From: Pocillopora damicornis | Taxonomy: Eukaryota | Assembly (NCBI RefSeq): GCF_003704095.1 | Contig: NW_020847569.1 | Span: 930,001 to 994,000 of the forward strand | Direction: 5' to 3' | Length of the DNA stretch: 64,000 nucleotides | Part shown: positions 25,301-37,937 of the stretch, piece by piece | Numbering within the stretch: position 1 is the first letter of the stretch | Layout of the letters: every line of letters starts with the position of its first letter | Translations under genes and position numbers: made by a program | The notes under the pieces: model-generated | Databases searched by the model: none | Seen by the model: only the letters and a program-made list of their open reading frames with translations | Told to the model about the DNA's origin: nothing

Positions 25301-26275
25301 ATAAAAAAAATTCAAGCCCTTTAGCTTTCTCAGTGTAAGTTCAAACAGCGGCTGTCTGTTCTTATTATATCTCCCCTGATACGCGTGCAAATAACTTCGT
25401 CCTGAATTGTTACACATCAATGAAGTTGTCTCATCATGGGGCAATTCCGCTACACGGGCAACCAGTTGTTAATGATTTTAATGCATGATTACTCCAAAAT
25501 TCAGTGTAATTCGTTCAGTTGCTAAGGTATGATACACTGCAACCCCGAAGTAACGATTACCATGGAAACGACGAACCTCGGGCATTTGTACTCCATTCTC
25601 TCTCCTCCTTCTATCGCTGCACTCATTTTCTAGTCTCCTAAAATTTGATTCAAACTTGTTTTTACGTTGGTCGACAGATCTCTATGAGATTCAATTTTTT
25701 CTAGGGTCAAATTCTCGCCCCTTACAACAGCAATGAATCCGCGTATCTGGTAGGAAAGAAATGTGGGAAATCCCCCATCTTCTGTGACTATTTTGGGTCT
25801 AAGCCTTGAGTAAGGGGTACGGATTTTGCTTGGCAGAGTTTTTGGCAGTATATATCATACAAGATCTTTTCAATCATTTTCAGAGATTAGAGGATACAAG
25901 GAATGCAATCTCGGCGCAAGTCCTGCGCATGCAGTGGTTACAAGGAAGGACAACTCTGACATCGAAGACATCATTAAAATCTTAAAGGCCATGAGTGACA
26001 AGTACGGCAAGACTCAGACTGACTGGAATAAGTTCCAGCTCTTCAACTCCTCCAAATATAACAACGGGGAAGATTTGATCTTTAAAGATGCAACTACAGC
26101 ACTCAAAGGTATAGCGGTGGATAAACAGAACTATATGGGTTACCTTGGAGACGTTTATGGCAAAAATGTGAAGGCGCTGACATCTTGCGATGCAATCGTT
26201 TCTACTTCTTCTGCGACTTCGTCCGTCACCGCACTCATGCTGTTTACAGCTGCGCTGAACGCTCTGCTCATGTAG
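19313..26275 (+). CDS. Single-lobe transferrin/melanotransferrin-like protein 1 (~398 aa); exons 19313-19370, 23302-23508, 24090-24368, 24795-25055, 25884-26275
   Basis: Signal peptide MANIRFVCLLLLTIHYAFS; FRWC, ADLVTL, YYSVAIVKK, KSCHT..AGW, SCVPG, GAFKC..GDVAFVK, PAHAVV, FQLF; all introns GT-AG phase 1, frame continuous; Ser/Thr-rich plus hydrophobic C-terminus. Confidence 0.88.
20163..20236 (+). repeat. Tandem repeat, 4 x 18 bp (TCGAAACTCTAATAAATA)
   Basis: Directly visible; one mismatch in copy 3. Confidence 0.9.
21710..22438. mobile_element. Non-autonomous Tc1/mariner-pogo-like DNA transposon (729 bp) in transferrin-1 intron 1
   Basis: Perfect 25-bp TIR CCGTATTTACCCGTGTATAAGTCGA / TCGACTTATACACGGGTAAATACGG, TA on both sides, subterminal TGTATAAGTCGA repeats. 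Confidence 0.9.
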
Positions 26276-27246
26276 GAGCTGAAGAGGAAACAAACTTAGT
26301 AACCGCCATAGTTAGCCTCGAGGTTAGATTTGGAAAGCACGTTTCATGTGAGCCATGAGAAGTGAGAATGTCTGTACACATGTTGTTAACTGCTGACTAC
26401 GTAATGCTCTACATTATGGATACTCAAGAATGGTCAATGTGAAGATGGAACCCCTTCGATCTCATTTAACTTGACTGTTTATTAGCCATTGAGGAGTTGT
26501 AGATTGCAATTCTTTGTCTAGTTCGAATTCCTAGTCTAATAAATATTATCAAATAAAAATTTCATGAAACGACTTAATTTCGTAACGGAAGATGTTGAGA
26601 CTTCCTTGCAAGCCTAGCCGAATCTTCATGGATTCGAGCCTCCGACCTTCAAATCTCACGATCGAACGCTCCGGCTATCGCTGAACCTCTGACAGAGCCT
26701 TCGATCAGCAACTCGGAAGATCAAAAGATCTAAGCTTTAAATCCTCACGGAGTAATCAGATTGTCGAAAACTTGTGAAAAAAGTTTTTCTTTCTTGGTCA
26801 TGAGACGACTGAGCTAAAATTTACAGGTTTCATTTCATCCAACTTCGATCCAAACGCAGAAAGGGAAAACACGAGGGGTTGATGTTGTTGATATGATAGT
26901 ACCAGCAGTGGGAGTATTGAACCTTCCCCTAAATGTCTTGTTTTTTTTAAGGTGATGGAGTCAGTAATTTAGCAATAGGTAAAGGGCCATTCAAGCCTAT
27001 AGTGGCCCATCAGGCTTTGTAGCCTTACCTTGGATTCAGGAGCATAAAGTGACAAGAGTATTTCTATGCGCACCTGGATGGGGCGCTAGCCTATCAAAGG
27101 GTTATACATGCCAGGATTAAGTTCACTGGTACTTTTTCAATCCCCTNNNNNNNNNNNNNNNNNNNNNNNNNNNNNNNNNNNNNNNNNNNNNNNNNNNNNN
27201 NNNNNNNNNNNNNNNNNNNNNNNNNNNNNNNNNNNNNNNNNNNNNN

Positions 27247-28165
27247 CATCGCCGATCAAGGTCCACATATCGCTTGTACTGTCCGGGTTGTCCTTTGCCG
27301 CGTCCTGTGTGCCTGAGCTCAGCGCCGATTGACCGCCGTTTTTCACCTCTTCTCGAAGGGCTTCTACCTGGGAAAGCACAACTTCAGGTTCAGCCTTAAG
27401 CTTAAGATTTTCATCTTGACTCTTCTCGATATCCTCTATGGATATGGCTGACCTTGAATCGACTCCAAATACTGTTTGTACAGGGTCATGAATTTTGTCC
27501 TTGTTGTTGTCACGTGTGTCAGTCGCTGTTTGGCAATCTTCATTATCTTGGCCAATATTTAGGCTGTTGATGCCATCAACCAACCAACTGTACTTTTCTT
27601 CTTCGCCCGCTTTTAGTTTTGCCGAAGTATCGCGGAAACAACGCCGAAAGAAGAGGCTATGAATACCTCTTCTTTGTGAACTAGTCGTCGATCCAAGTGC
27701 CCGCCATTTTTAAGATTCGAGAGTTGCACTGTGTTAAATTCTTTTGGAAAGCTTGACACCAAAGGGCTACTCGACATGAATTTTCCTACAGGAATGCCGC
27801 ATATTTTGGAATTCAGGAGATACCAGTCCCTCGAATCGCTCGTGGAGTGCAGCAATTCAGCTCTTCGAATATCGAAGGCATCCATGCCGCACAGCACCTG
27901 ATCGAAATGAGAACAAATTTCCCACTCTTGTGAGTAATGTCTGAAATTCAACCTCAAGAAATGTCTAAAGAAAAATCCAGCCCCTCAAAATAAACAGGAT
28001 TGACGCCATTGGAGGTTGTACACAACGGTGTTAATGTAATCACCGAACACTCCCCTGTTGAAACCACAAATCGAAAGCGATGATAGCTACCGAGCCGGAT
28101 CATGACGTCACACCATAGCAACCAAACCCCACGAATTTTTGAACATCCGGTTTGCTCTGGCTCGT
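27247..28165 (-). mobile_element. Possible degraded retroelement 5'/ORF1-like region next to a gap
   Basis: Broken coding-like frame with coiled-coil-like IEDIEKSQDENLKLKAE..VEALREEVK; bounded by (TA)n and an N-gap; no diagnostic domain recognised. Confidence 0.3.
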
Positions 28166-28171
28166 CATATA

Positions 28172-28211
<40 letters not shown>

Positions 28212-28219
28212 TTGATATA
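28166..28219. repeat. (TA)n microsatellite
   Basis: Directly visible, interrupted. Confidence 0.9.
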
Positions 28220-28685
28220 CAAATAATATATATATATATGTTATATTTTTATATTTTATGTTTGAAAACAAATGTTTAAACATTTATTTCTCGGTTTATC
28301 GCTACATCAGTCTTTTCCTCGATTAATTTTTTTCCTTCTCGATGGGTAATTTACAATTTCGCATGACAGTTTTTCATTCTCGCACAATAATTTTTATTTT
28401 CCCAATCTCACATATTAATCACTGAAACTCGATAGGTAATTTTGAACCCAACCCACTTTTGTTATATTTGGCGATTTGGCTCGCCATCAGGCTGGCTCGC
28501 CATACGTTATTATAACCTTGAAAACCTACATATTGGTTCACTCTTAACTGTCATTAAAAATAAGATGTCCTGCAGACAGCTCTGACAAACACTTCCGTGA
28601 CGCTTCAGTGCATTACTGATTAGCATCATTTTCACTTCGAGCAAATTCAAGGCGTTGTCTTGGTGTTTCAACGGTTTCATCAAAC

Positions 28686-31600
28686 ATGGAGAGGATTCTG
28701 ATCGTTCTGATGCTCTTTATCACCGTCCACTATGCATATTCAGGTGTGCCAACCTTTCATTGTTACGATTATCACAAAGATTCTTATAGCTGGGTATCAT
28801 CATTGAGTTTTCTTCCTCATTGCCTTCTTTCCTTTTCGGTAATCTTTCGTTTTTCATTTCTTTCGTAAGTGTTTCACTTGCATGATTTAGTAACACAAAA
28901 TAAGACTGAATGTCGAAGGAGATTTCGCTTTCTCAGTTTTGTTGCTCGTTTCATCGGCTCAGCTTATTTGTTGGAAGCATGTACTAAAGCTAAGGTGCTT
29001 CTCCTCCTTTCAATTATAATTACAAGTCCAAGCTCGGTTTCGATTGTTCGTTGGTTTTGTGCGTGTTATCATATCCTCGCGACAGACATCGCTTGGAATG
29101 GCTGCAAGCCCTAACTTGGTTCGAAAACTTTGCGATATCGCAACGACATATTGTAGTAATATCGTGCTGAAAACGTTGTTCGTGTACACACGCAATAACG
29201 AAGTTGCAACGGCAACTTTCAAGCTTGAAAACTGTCTGCTCTAGCTGAGGAGCTTAAGGAGTTACAAGAAATTTATTTTAAGATCCTTTGATGTGAAGTA
29301 AATGTCACCTTCTTGGTGAGCATGGTCAGTTTTTTTTAGATACTTTGGCATTATTCGTAGTTTGTGGAAACGATAATTCAAACTCGTTCTTGTTTGAGGG
29401 TCGTGCCAAATGATTTGCCTTTTCTTAAAAGATGTAACCTAAACACATATAAAATTCTGGCAGCTTTTCCTGTCTACTAGTCTACGCCGATTGAATTATT
29501 AAGAACAACAACAACGAATTAATTCAGTTAGATCTGAAGCTCAAGTCCTGTATGGGCACAGTATTTGATGACTAATGCAGAGATCGAGCTATTTGTGTAT
29601 TTAGTAAAGATTTTATTTTTCTCGGGCTCAATAGAAAGAGAAGGAATCTTTCCTCATTTATGTCTTTATTCCATAGAGAGTTTAAGAGTTCAAAGTGAAA
29701 GTAAATATCTTTTGTAACTGGATATTTAATGAAACTAACCATCACGTACGGGCGAAAATAGTTGAAAAGTTAGAGTGATTCTCGAGTGGCTAGGCAAAAT
29801 ATCTGCTCTTGCACATCGGGTAATGATGGAAAACACGGGGTTACCTGGATTTGCTGAGAAAGCAGATGGAGAATAAGATTTTTTCGCCAAGAAATCACCC
29901 TTCTTTCCCGGGGCTTCCTAATCATAGACTCAAGAGACGAGGTCAGCTAATTACTTTTCCTCAGAGCATGATACTGATAGCTAGTTTGACGCTCCTTGTC
30001 ATATGGAACAATAGTCTGTTCACGACACGTTTTAAGTTTTTGTCTGATTGGTCAACTGGGTGGCACGACTTTTTCTAGACCAATCACGAAGCGAAGCTAA
30101 GGGTAACTTATACATTCGTGTTGTATCGTCACCACCAAAAATATAAGGATGTCAAATAGATCAGCAAACACAAAGCTGGTGTAAAGATCAGCTGTAGGAT
30201 AGAATAGCTAGTAAAGGAATGGCATGGCCAAATTATACACGATTTAGTTTGCCTTCATGAAACAGAACACCCTAAACATGAATAGTCTAGCCAAATGATA
30301 AACGGTCCACTTGCCTAGGTCGAGTTGATGAAATTGTGAAATGGACTAGCTCAACTACGAATAGCTTAGCGCTCATTTGCAATACAGTACACAAACGGTG
30401 TAGCGTTGCGTCAAATGGCACAGGGTAATGTCGAGTAGCACAGCGTACGCACAAACGGTGTAGCGTTGCGTGAAATAGCTCAGCGTAATGTAGAACGGTA
30501 CAGCGTACATACGAACATTGTAGCGTTGCGTGAAATGGCTCAGCGTAATGTCGAATGGTACAGCGTACACACAAATGGTGTAGCGTTGCGTGAAATGGGT
30601 CAGCGTAATGTCGAATGGCACAGCGTACATATAAATGATGTAGCGTCGTGTCGAATAGCTTTGCAGAACATCAGACGCTGTATCTGAACATTAAATTGCT
30701 TAGCATTGCACGAAATATTTCGATGTTGTGGTGAATCGTCGAGCTTGCTTGTGGCGTGAAGGCTATCTCGCCGAAACCACCAAAAATACAAACCGCAAAT
30801 GGAACAGCGATCTGCTGGGGGGCATGACGTCATCGAATGAGAAGACTGTCGCGAAACCATCACATGGTGTAGTCGCTGTGTTTAGATAGATAGAGATAGA
30901 CTGTTTATTCACAAATACATCGCAGTCATTAGACTGAATTGCGTATTTCACAGAGAAATATATAAATAGGCAAATGTTAAAACTAATCACAAACATATGT
31001 ACATGATATCAAAATATAAGTATCTAATGGGATTAAAATATGTATAGTTACTAGCTAAGTACTACGCGTTGTTTGTTGCTAGGCGTGTTTAGTCGAGTAG
31101 TTTAAGATTCTTCACTTCGCCTTCCCGTAAAGCAGAGCCATTCAGTAAGTTTCTCCTTTTTTCCCCCTCCGATATTGCATTTATTCGTTGTCGTTCATGA
31201 AAGCGTTAATTAAAATAGAAACGAGACTGGATTCTACCCCGGTTTGCCGGCCTCCCGCGGCAGTCTTCACATTTGATGACGTCATATTCCCAGCAGATCG
31301 CTGTTCCATTTGCGGTTTGTAATTTTGGTGGTTTTGGCGAGATAGCCTTGGCGGCCGAAACCACCAAAAATACAAAGATGTAAAATAGATCAGCAAATAC
31401 AAAGATGGTTTAAGGATCAGCTGCAAGATAGCATAGCTAATAATGAAATAATAAGGAATGACATAGCCTTCACGTCACGCCACAAGCAAGCTCGACGATT
31501 CGCCACAACTTCGAAATATTTCAAGTAATACTAAGCAATTTAATGTTCAGATAGAGCGTCTGATGTTCTGCAAAGCTATTCGACATAACGCTACACTATT

Positions 31601-34600
31601 TGTGTCTACGCTGTAACATTCTACATTACGCTGAGCCATTTCACGCAACGCTAGACCATTTGTGTGTACGCTGTACCATTCGACATTACGCTGAGCCATT
31701 TCACGCAACGCTACACTGTTTGTATGTCCGCTGTACCATTCGACATTAGGCTGAGCCATTTCACGCAACGCTACACCATATGTGTGTGCGCTGTACCATT
31801 CTACATTGCGCTGAGCCATTTCACGTAACGCTACACCGTTTGTGCGTACGCTGTGCTACTCGACGTTACCCTGAGCCATTTGACGCAACGCAACACCGTT
31901 TGCGTACTGTATTGCAAATGAGTCCTAAGCTATTCGCGATTGAGCTAGTCCATTTCACAATTTCATGTTCCAACTCGACATCGGCAACTAGACCGTTTAT
32001 CATTTGGCTAAACTATCCATGTTTAGGGTGTTCTGTTTCACGAAGGAAAACTAAACCGTCCATAATTTTGATCATGCCATTCCTTTATTAGCTATTCTAT
32101 ATTGGATCTGATCTAGACCAGCTTTGTATTTGCTGATCTATTTGACATCCTTGTATTTATGGTGGTGACGGCCGCCCATAGTCGATGCTCAATCTCTTTC
32201 CACTGATGCCAAATTAATTTTAGAAAAGTGCGGAAGTCAGTCTTCAATAGAAGTAAACCATGTACATACATACATACATATACACATACATACATACTTT
32301 ATTGCATAGCTTCCCCTTGGGGGCTCTTCTGCCACACATGAAAATCAAAACATCAAGTTACAAAGAAAAAAGAAAAAAGAAAAAAGAAAAAAAACTATTT
32401 ACAGATAAAAATATAAATTATAAAAACAGCTTACATTTCGATGATAAAAAATATCATCTTATGATCTATGAATTAAAATATTTATAAAAAAATTTCTCTC
32501 CAAAAAGGTTAAGGCTTTTTGTGTTTCTGATCTCCTCTGGTAACGAGTTAAACATTTTTACCCCACGGTAGGCAAAAGCCCTTTGGCCAGTCGAGATTCT
32601 GCCTTTGGGCAACGTCTGGTCGTTCTTTTGCCTGGTGTCTCTTTGGTAAATTTCAGAACGGTGTTGAAATCGCTCACGAAGATAGTCCGGAGTCAAGTTG
32701 TTCATGCATTTGTAAACCATAACTAAGTCGATGAAGAGCAGTTTTCCCCTCACATTAAGGCATTTAAAGGACTTCAGGGCTTCTGAAATATGATCATACT
32801 TATTTAAGCCAGCTACGATCCTGCAGGTGTAATTCTGGACAAACTGAAGTTTTCTAATATTCTCTTTGCTGGTGTTGTTCCAAACTGTCGAACAGTAAAA
32901 TAATTTGCAAAAGACGAAAGCTTTTATCAGATAAATCAGGGTTCTTTGACCCAAAAGCTGCTTTATCCTATTGACCCTCGTTAGTTTAAACATACAGTCA
33001 GAGGCAGTTTTAGTAATATGCTCATTACAGTTAAGATAACAATCGATGTGCACTCCTAGGTCCTTTGTTACTCCCACAGGCTTAATTTCAGTTGCCAATA
33101 TTGTAATTTCAGTTGCCANNNNNNNNNNNNNNNNNNNNNNNNNNNNNNNNNNNNNNNNNNNNNNNNNNNNNNNNNNNNNNNNNNNNNNNNNNNNNNNNNN
33201 NNNNNNNNNNNNNNNNNNTTGGGAGAAATACCGCTGGAAAACTCAACTCCATCAGGCAACCCGTGATAATCAACAAGAGTTGTTTTTTTATTGCTACGTC
33301 ATGTTCTCTTGATACAGGGAAATCGCACGATTTCAAAGTCATCGTTGCTGAACAATATGGCGAATACGGGGTCAAGTATTATGCAGTTGCTGTGGTAAGA
33401 AAGAATAACACAGGCTTCGACTTAGAGAGCCTCAGAGGAAAGAAGTCTTGTCACACTGGAGCTGGGAGAACCGCAGGTTGGAAAGTGGCTGTAGGATTTC
33501 TGCTTCGATCAAAGATTATGCCGGCTGTGGCCTGTGGAAACGAGTCGAACGCTTACTTGTCGGCTGCAAAGTTCTTCGAAGAAAGTTGTGTCCCAGGTAC
33601 GGCCATCACGTTATAGTTGGAGCGCAGTTTGAAAATAAATGATCCCCGTAAATATTCTGCAATTAAATAAAATGCAGAAAAGAAGCCTAAACAAATTCAT
33701 GCACCACGGAAACTCACCTTGCTCCCAGAATGTTTTTTCGTAGATCAGCTGGTGGTGGCGCCAAACAAGTATCACTTTGAGATTCGGTTCGGATTCCATA
33801 GAAGCCTTTAATTTTTTCAGGCGTCTTTCCCGCTAATTCTTTCACTGCCACTCATCTGCGAGGATCATTTCTTTGTTTGAATCACATCTACCGGTGAAAA
33901 GAATTTTTAGTCGATCGTAAGTGTCATGTAGTTACCAAAACGGTTTATTTTGTCACTGTAAAAGACACAAGGAGTCGATGAAGACTCTCTATAAAACCGT
34001 ATATTAACCGCGTTTCGAATGCTAGGAAAAAGCTAAAGCAAAACCAAGGAACTCTCCTGTTTTGCCTCAGACAATCAACTGAAAATAACCTTTCTAATTA
34101 GTCATATGAATGATGAAATTACATATTTAGCTTAGGGAATATGCGATGAACAATCCGGGCCATAAACAGTTTTGCCTTTAAAAACTTAGGCTAACCCCAC
34201 ATTTTAGGGCCGCGTTTTTGTCTTTGGTATTTATGGCCCTTGGCACCCAGTTCACTTGATTTAGCACAGAAAGAGCTTTGCGTCAATAGCAGTTTGAATG
34301 ATGTCGGTCTAAATTTGTGGGAGTAATCACAACTTAAAGTCAGGCTGCGACGACTTATTTGGGACCGTTGAGGACACGCATGCTATCACAGACAATAGAT
34401 GTACAGCGCAGCAAAAGAGTCGGACTACGTAAACATGATTATCGCAGGAAATTAATCCTTTACTGCACCTCGTGACAATCTAGAATCTTGTAGCCGGCAT
34501 GATGCCTATCATGCACTCCTCAATGCATCCCGAGGTTCTTTTGTAGAAGTAAACAAAGAGTTTCCGCTTAATACGTACACTGAAATGGTAAAATTTCACT

Positions 34601-35720
34601 TTCAATGCGTTTTGCTTTTTAGGTACCCCATCTAAAGTGTCGTCAGGCGTCTATCAAATGGTAAGTAACCTCTGTAACCTATGTGCTGGCCCTGAGAATG
34701 ACAAGTGCACCACAAACACCTCAAAAAATAGATACGTCGGTTATCACGGAGCCTTCATGTGCATGGCGGAGGGAAAAGGTGACGTTGCTTTTGTGAAATA
34801 CACGACCACAGAGGAGGTGACTGCAGAAGGAAAATATGGGAAACTGGAAGATTACGAATACCTTTGCCCTACGGGAGGAAGAATGGGTAATGTATCCAGT
34901 TATGATTATCCTATTTACGGCGCATGCGATACGAATTTTTCCCATTTTGATTTGTTTTCAAACTGCTGTTCAATCATAATCTCTGAATAGTTTTAGACTG
35001 GAAGCTAATTTGTAGTATACGCACGCAGTGCGAACCTATTGTGTCACGTGGTATTGAATAAAGACGGTTCTACCCAACATGGCGTGTGTGTGTATGGCGA
35101 TTCTACACTAACAAGCATTATCAAATACTTGGCAGAGTGACGTTTGACTTCTTACAACTACCCCTGCGGGTCCTGCCTTACTGGCACAATCAAAGCAGAG
35201 GAGAGCTGTTGAGAACGCTGCATGAGTCTTAGAAGTGCCATTTCATTAACTATGAAAATTTTGAAGCAAGGTGAGCGCTGATGTAATGCTCTTGTTACCT
35301 TCTTTAGCTGTTGGAAAGCACACGGAATGCCATCTCGGCGCAAATCCTGCCCATGCTGTGGTCACTAGAGGAAACAACTCTGACATCGGAGACATCATCA
35401 AAATTTTAACGAAGATGAGCGAAACGTATGGAGTGAAACAGACGGACTGGAAAAAGTTCCAACTATTCAACTCCTCGCAGTACAGCGGCAATAATTTGCT
35501 CTTTAAAGATTCAACAACCGCACTGGATGCTCAACCTGCAGGTAAACAGAGCGTTATGGATTACCTCGGAAAAAGTTATGGCGAAAATGTGGATTCCCTG
35601 ACTTCATGCGACACCACAACCTCCACGACCCTACCGCCACCGCCTGCCTCCTCTTCTACTGCGATTCTGCCCGTCTCCTTGCTCGTGCTTTTCACAGCCT
35701 TGCTGGACATGTTCATATAA
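28686..35720 (+). CDS. Single-lobe transferrin/melanotransferrin-like protein 2; exons 28686-28743, [exon 2 not found], 33318-33596, 34623-34886, 35308-35720
   Basis: Signal-peptide exon MERILIVLMLFITVHYAYS same length as in gene 1; YYAVAVVRK, SCHTGAGRTAGW, YVGYHGAFMC, GDVAFVK, PAHAVV; hydrophobic tail; same intron phases. Confidence 0.82.
30127..32170. mobile_element. Foldback-like inverted repeat (arms 30127-30853 and 31256-32170) with internal 60-bp tandem arrays
   Basis: Arms are reverse-complementary throughout; unit GTAGCGTTGCGTGAAATGGCTCAGCGTAATGTCGAATGGTACAGCGTACACACAAATGGT, ~4 copies left and ~5 right. Confidence 0.85.
32262..33098 (-). mobile_element. 3' end of an L2/CR1-clade LINE (post-RT region of ORF2) with (TATG)n tail
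   Basis: KDLGVHID..L...EHI, LFYCSTVW, KLQFVQN, HISEAL, GQRAFAYRG..FNSLP motifs; microsatellite tail at 32262-32297. Confidence 0.85.
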
Positions 35721-37937
35721 AACGAACTTTGAACGTGCTTCGGGTAGTGATGAAGCTGATGATTAATAAGTGGTTAGGTCATCAGGGTACTTCCTTTTTT
35801 AGTTCATGATCATTAATTGCAAAGTTAGTAGAGGGAGAATATGGTAATTGTAAGCTCTAGGCACGCTTTTATCGTCGCTGGTCAAAAGGTAGCGGCGAAG
35901 GCAAGGGAAATGCTTTTGAGCTCAGATTATCCTTATGACTGTTTGAGCTTTATCGTTCAAAACTCATTCAGTTTTGATTGTCAATGTTAAGGGTAGATTT
36001 TTTTGTTACTTATCGAGAGATAGACAAGTTGAAAACATTGAAGATCGAGAAGATAGAGATCAAAATCAAATAATGGCTTACCATCAATATTTTTCTTAAC
36101 ACCAAGAAACGCCTCCACTTTTCAGATTAAACTTTGTTTCCTTGTAAAATTTGCTTTTAGCCTTTACAAGCCGTTCAGTGTAGTTCTATGATTATATAAT
36201 CCAGCCAGTTTCAAAGACATCACCGCGCATGACATGTGATAGTGTCGAATTGACAGCGTTCAGATCTTTTATTCGGCTTGGTAAGCCCTTGTCTGATTTT
36301 ATCTTATTGCGTGTGAAAGAACCTCGCGCGATGACAGACAAGCAACTCTTTCTCTAGTCTCTCTCCTCAACTTACCACACGCGTTTCCATTAGCTTTTGT
36401 TTTCACCGAGATACGTTCCGCGTAGGCTACTCAAGTGATCCAGCTTCTATGCGTGTTTTAGAGCAACAAAATCAACAGCCATATCGCATGATCTCTTAAT
36501 AGCGTTACGTTTCCAGTTTCCGTAGCATGACCAAGTCGATTTAGACTTTGCACAGAAATAAAGTTACATAGAAGGTAGACAGAGAAAAAAGTCCCCGTTT
36601 TCAAATGCAAGCCATGATGACATACGTAGAACAAAAACATAGACCCGTGATGTTAAACAGTATTAGCTTTTAAGCACATGGAACACTAGTGGAGATTAGT
36701 GAAATAAAGTTTTTGTTCCTAGTTACTCGGTATACTTGTGTGTTGTTTGAACTTAATGGTTTATAGCCAGAGCTCTGTATCAACGGGTGTGGAATAAGTA
36801 AGTAAGTAAGACAACCTTTAGCAAGACCTTACGAACCGCGCCGGTCATTATTGTAAACTTCGCATGCCAGAGTTGGTTCGGAAGATGAGGGTCGTTGGTT
36901 GGCATGGCTGGATTTTTTTTCCTCGAATATATGCTTTTCTTCTTTTCTTTCCATCGAATTCTAAACTATACAAGGCGATTTCGCATAATTGACCTCAAAC
37001 GGCGTCAGATAACGAAAGTACCGTGAAGTCGTCGAAAATCGGACTGTCATAGTCAAATGGTCGCATAATTAGAGCAAAGAAAACTCTGATTTCAAAATAT
37101 TATTTTTCAGAAAAATATTTTTCTCATTAAATGACAAATTTCTAGCATTTTGTTAAATAACGATTTCGTATAAAATACCTGAAGCAACATTTCATGAATT
37201 ACACGGACAATTGCGGAGACAATGTTACTCGGTGTACTCTTTATTCAGTAGTAAGCTAATGTTGTAAGCCATTACAATTTTTTAATTGTTCTCTGATGTA
37301 GGCTTTTGGTGTAATTGAATAGTTAAGTCGTACATTCATTTGCTCATGAAATCTTTCGTTAGTTCGTCAACTCTTTCACTCATTCATTCCTTCGTTTGCT
37401 CATTTGTTCATTTACATATTTACTCATTCATTCTTTGTTATACCTTTCATTGTTGTTTTTCCACTTTTCCTTCAGTTGCATTTTCCGTTATTTTAACCAG
37501 CTTGTAGTTAATTACGTTTAATCTCAGAAGACATCTTGTTACTAGGAAGTATTTCAGTGTAATCTGAAGATAATCAGGATTGCTTCTCCCCTCCTCAATT
37601 TTGTTCAGTGCCCCGATTCATCTGTGCGTTTTTGAACAAACATAGATTATTCAAAACCGATTTAATTCAAAGAACTGTAAAATTAAAGGAGTTAGTCGGC
37701 GTTTATAGAGCCGAACGATTCTCTGTTACAAGTGCGAGAAAAATGTCTCCGACAGTGAGGTTGATCTAATATTTGACCGATCCCGTTTAATATACGGTAT
37801 GCTGGATGAACCATCTTTTGCCAGAGCTTAGAGATGCACTTACACGTCAACACCAGCTGTGACTAGATTCCGCTGTCGATATTTACACCAGGACCCCTTT
37901 AAACCATGCCACCGAGTGTTAGCATTTCCGTTTGGTC

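Noticed and set aside
25556-25569. X-box-like ATTACCATGGAAAC in transferrin-1 intron 4
   Set aside because: First base mismatches the consensus and it is far from any start site
30385-31910. 60-bp arrays as a CRISPR array or repeat-protein gene
   Set aside because: No unique spacers, no cas genes, eukaryotic context; the ORFs arise in several frames on both strands because the unit is a multiple of 3 and lacks stops
19313-35720. Transferrin genes 1 and 2 as the two lobes of one melanotransferrin
   Set aside because: Each has its own signal-peptide exon, stop codon and hydrophobic C-terminal tail
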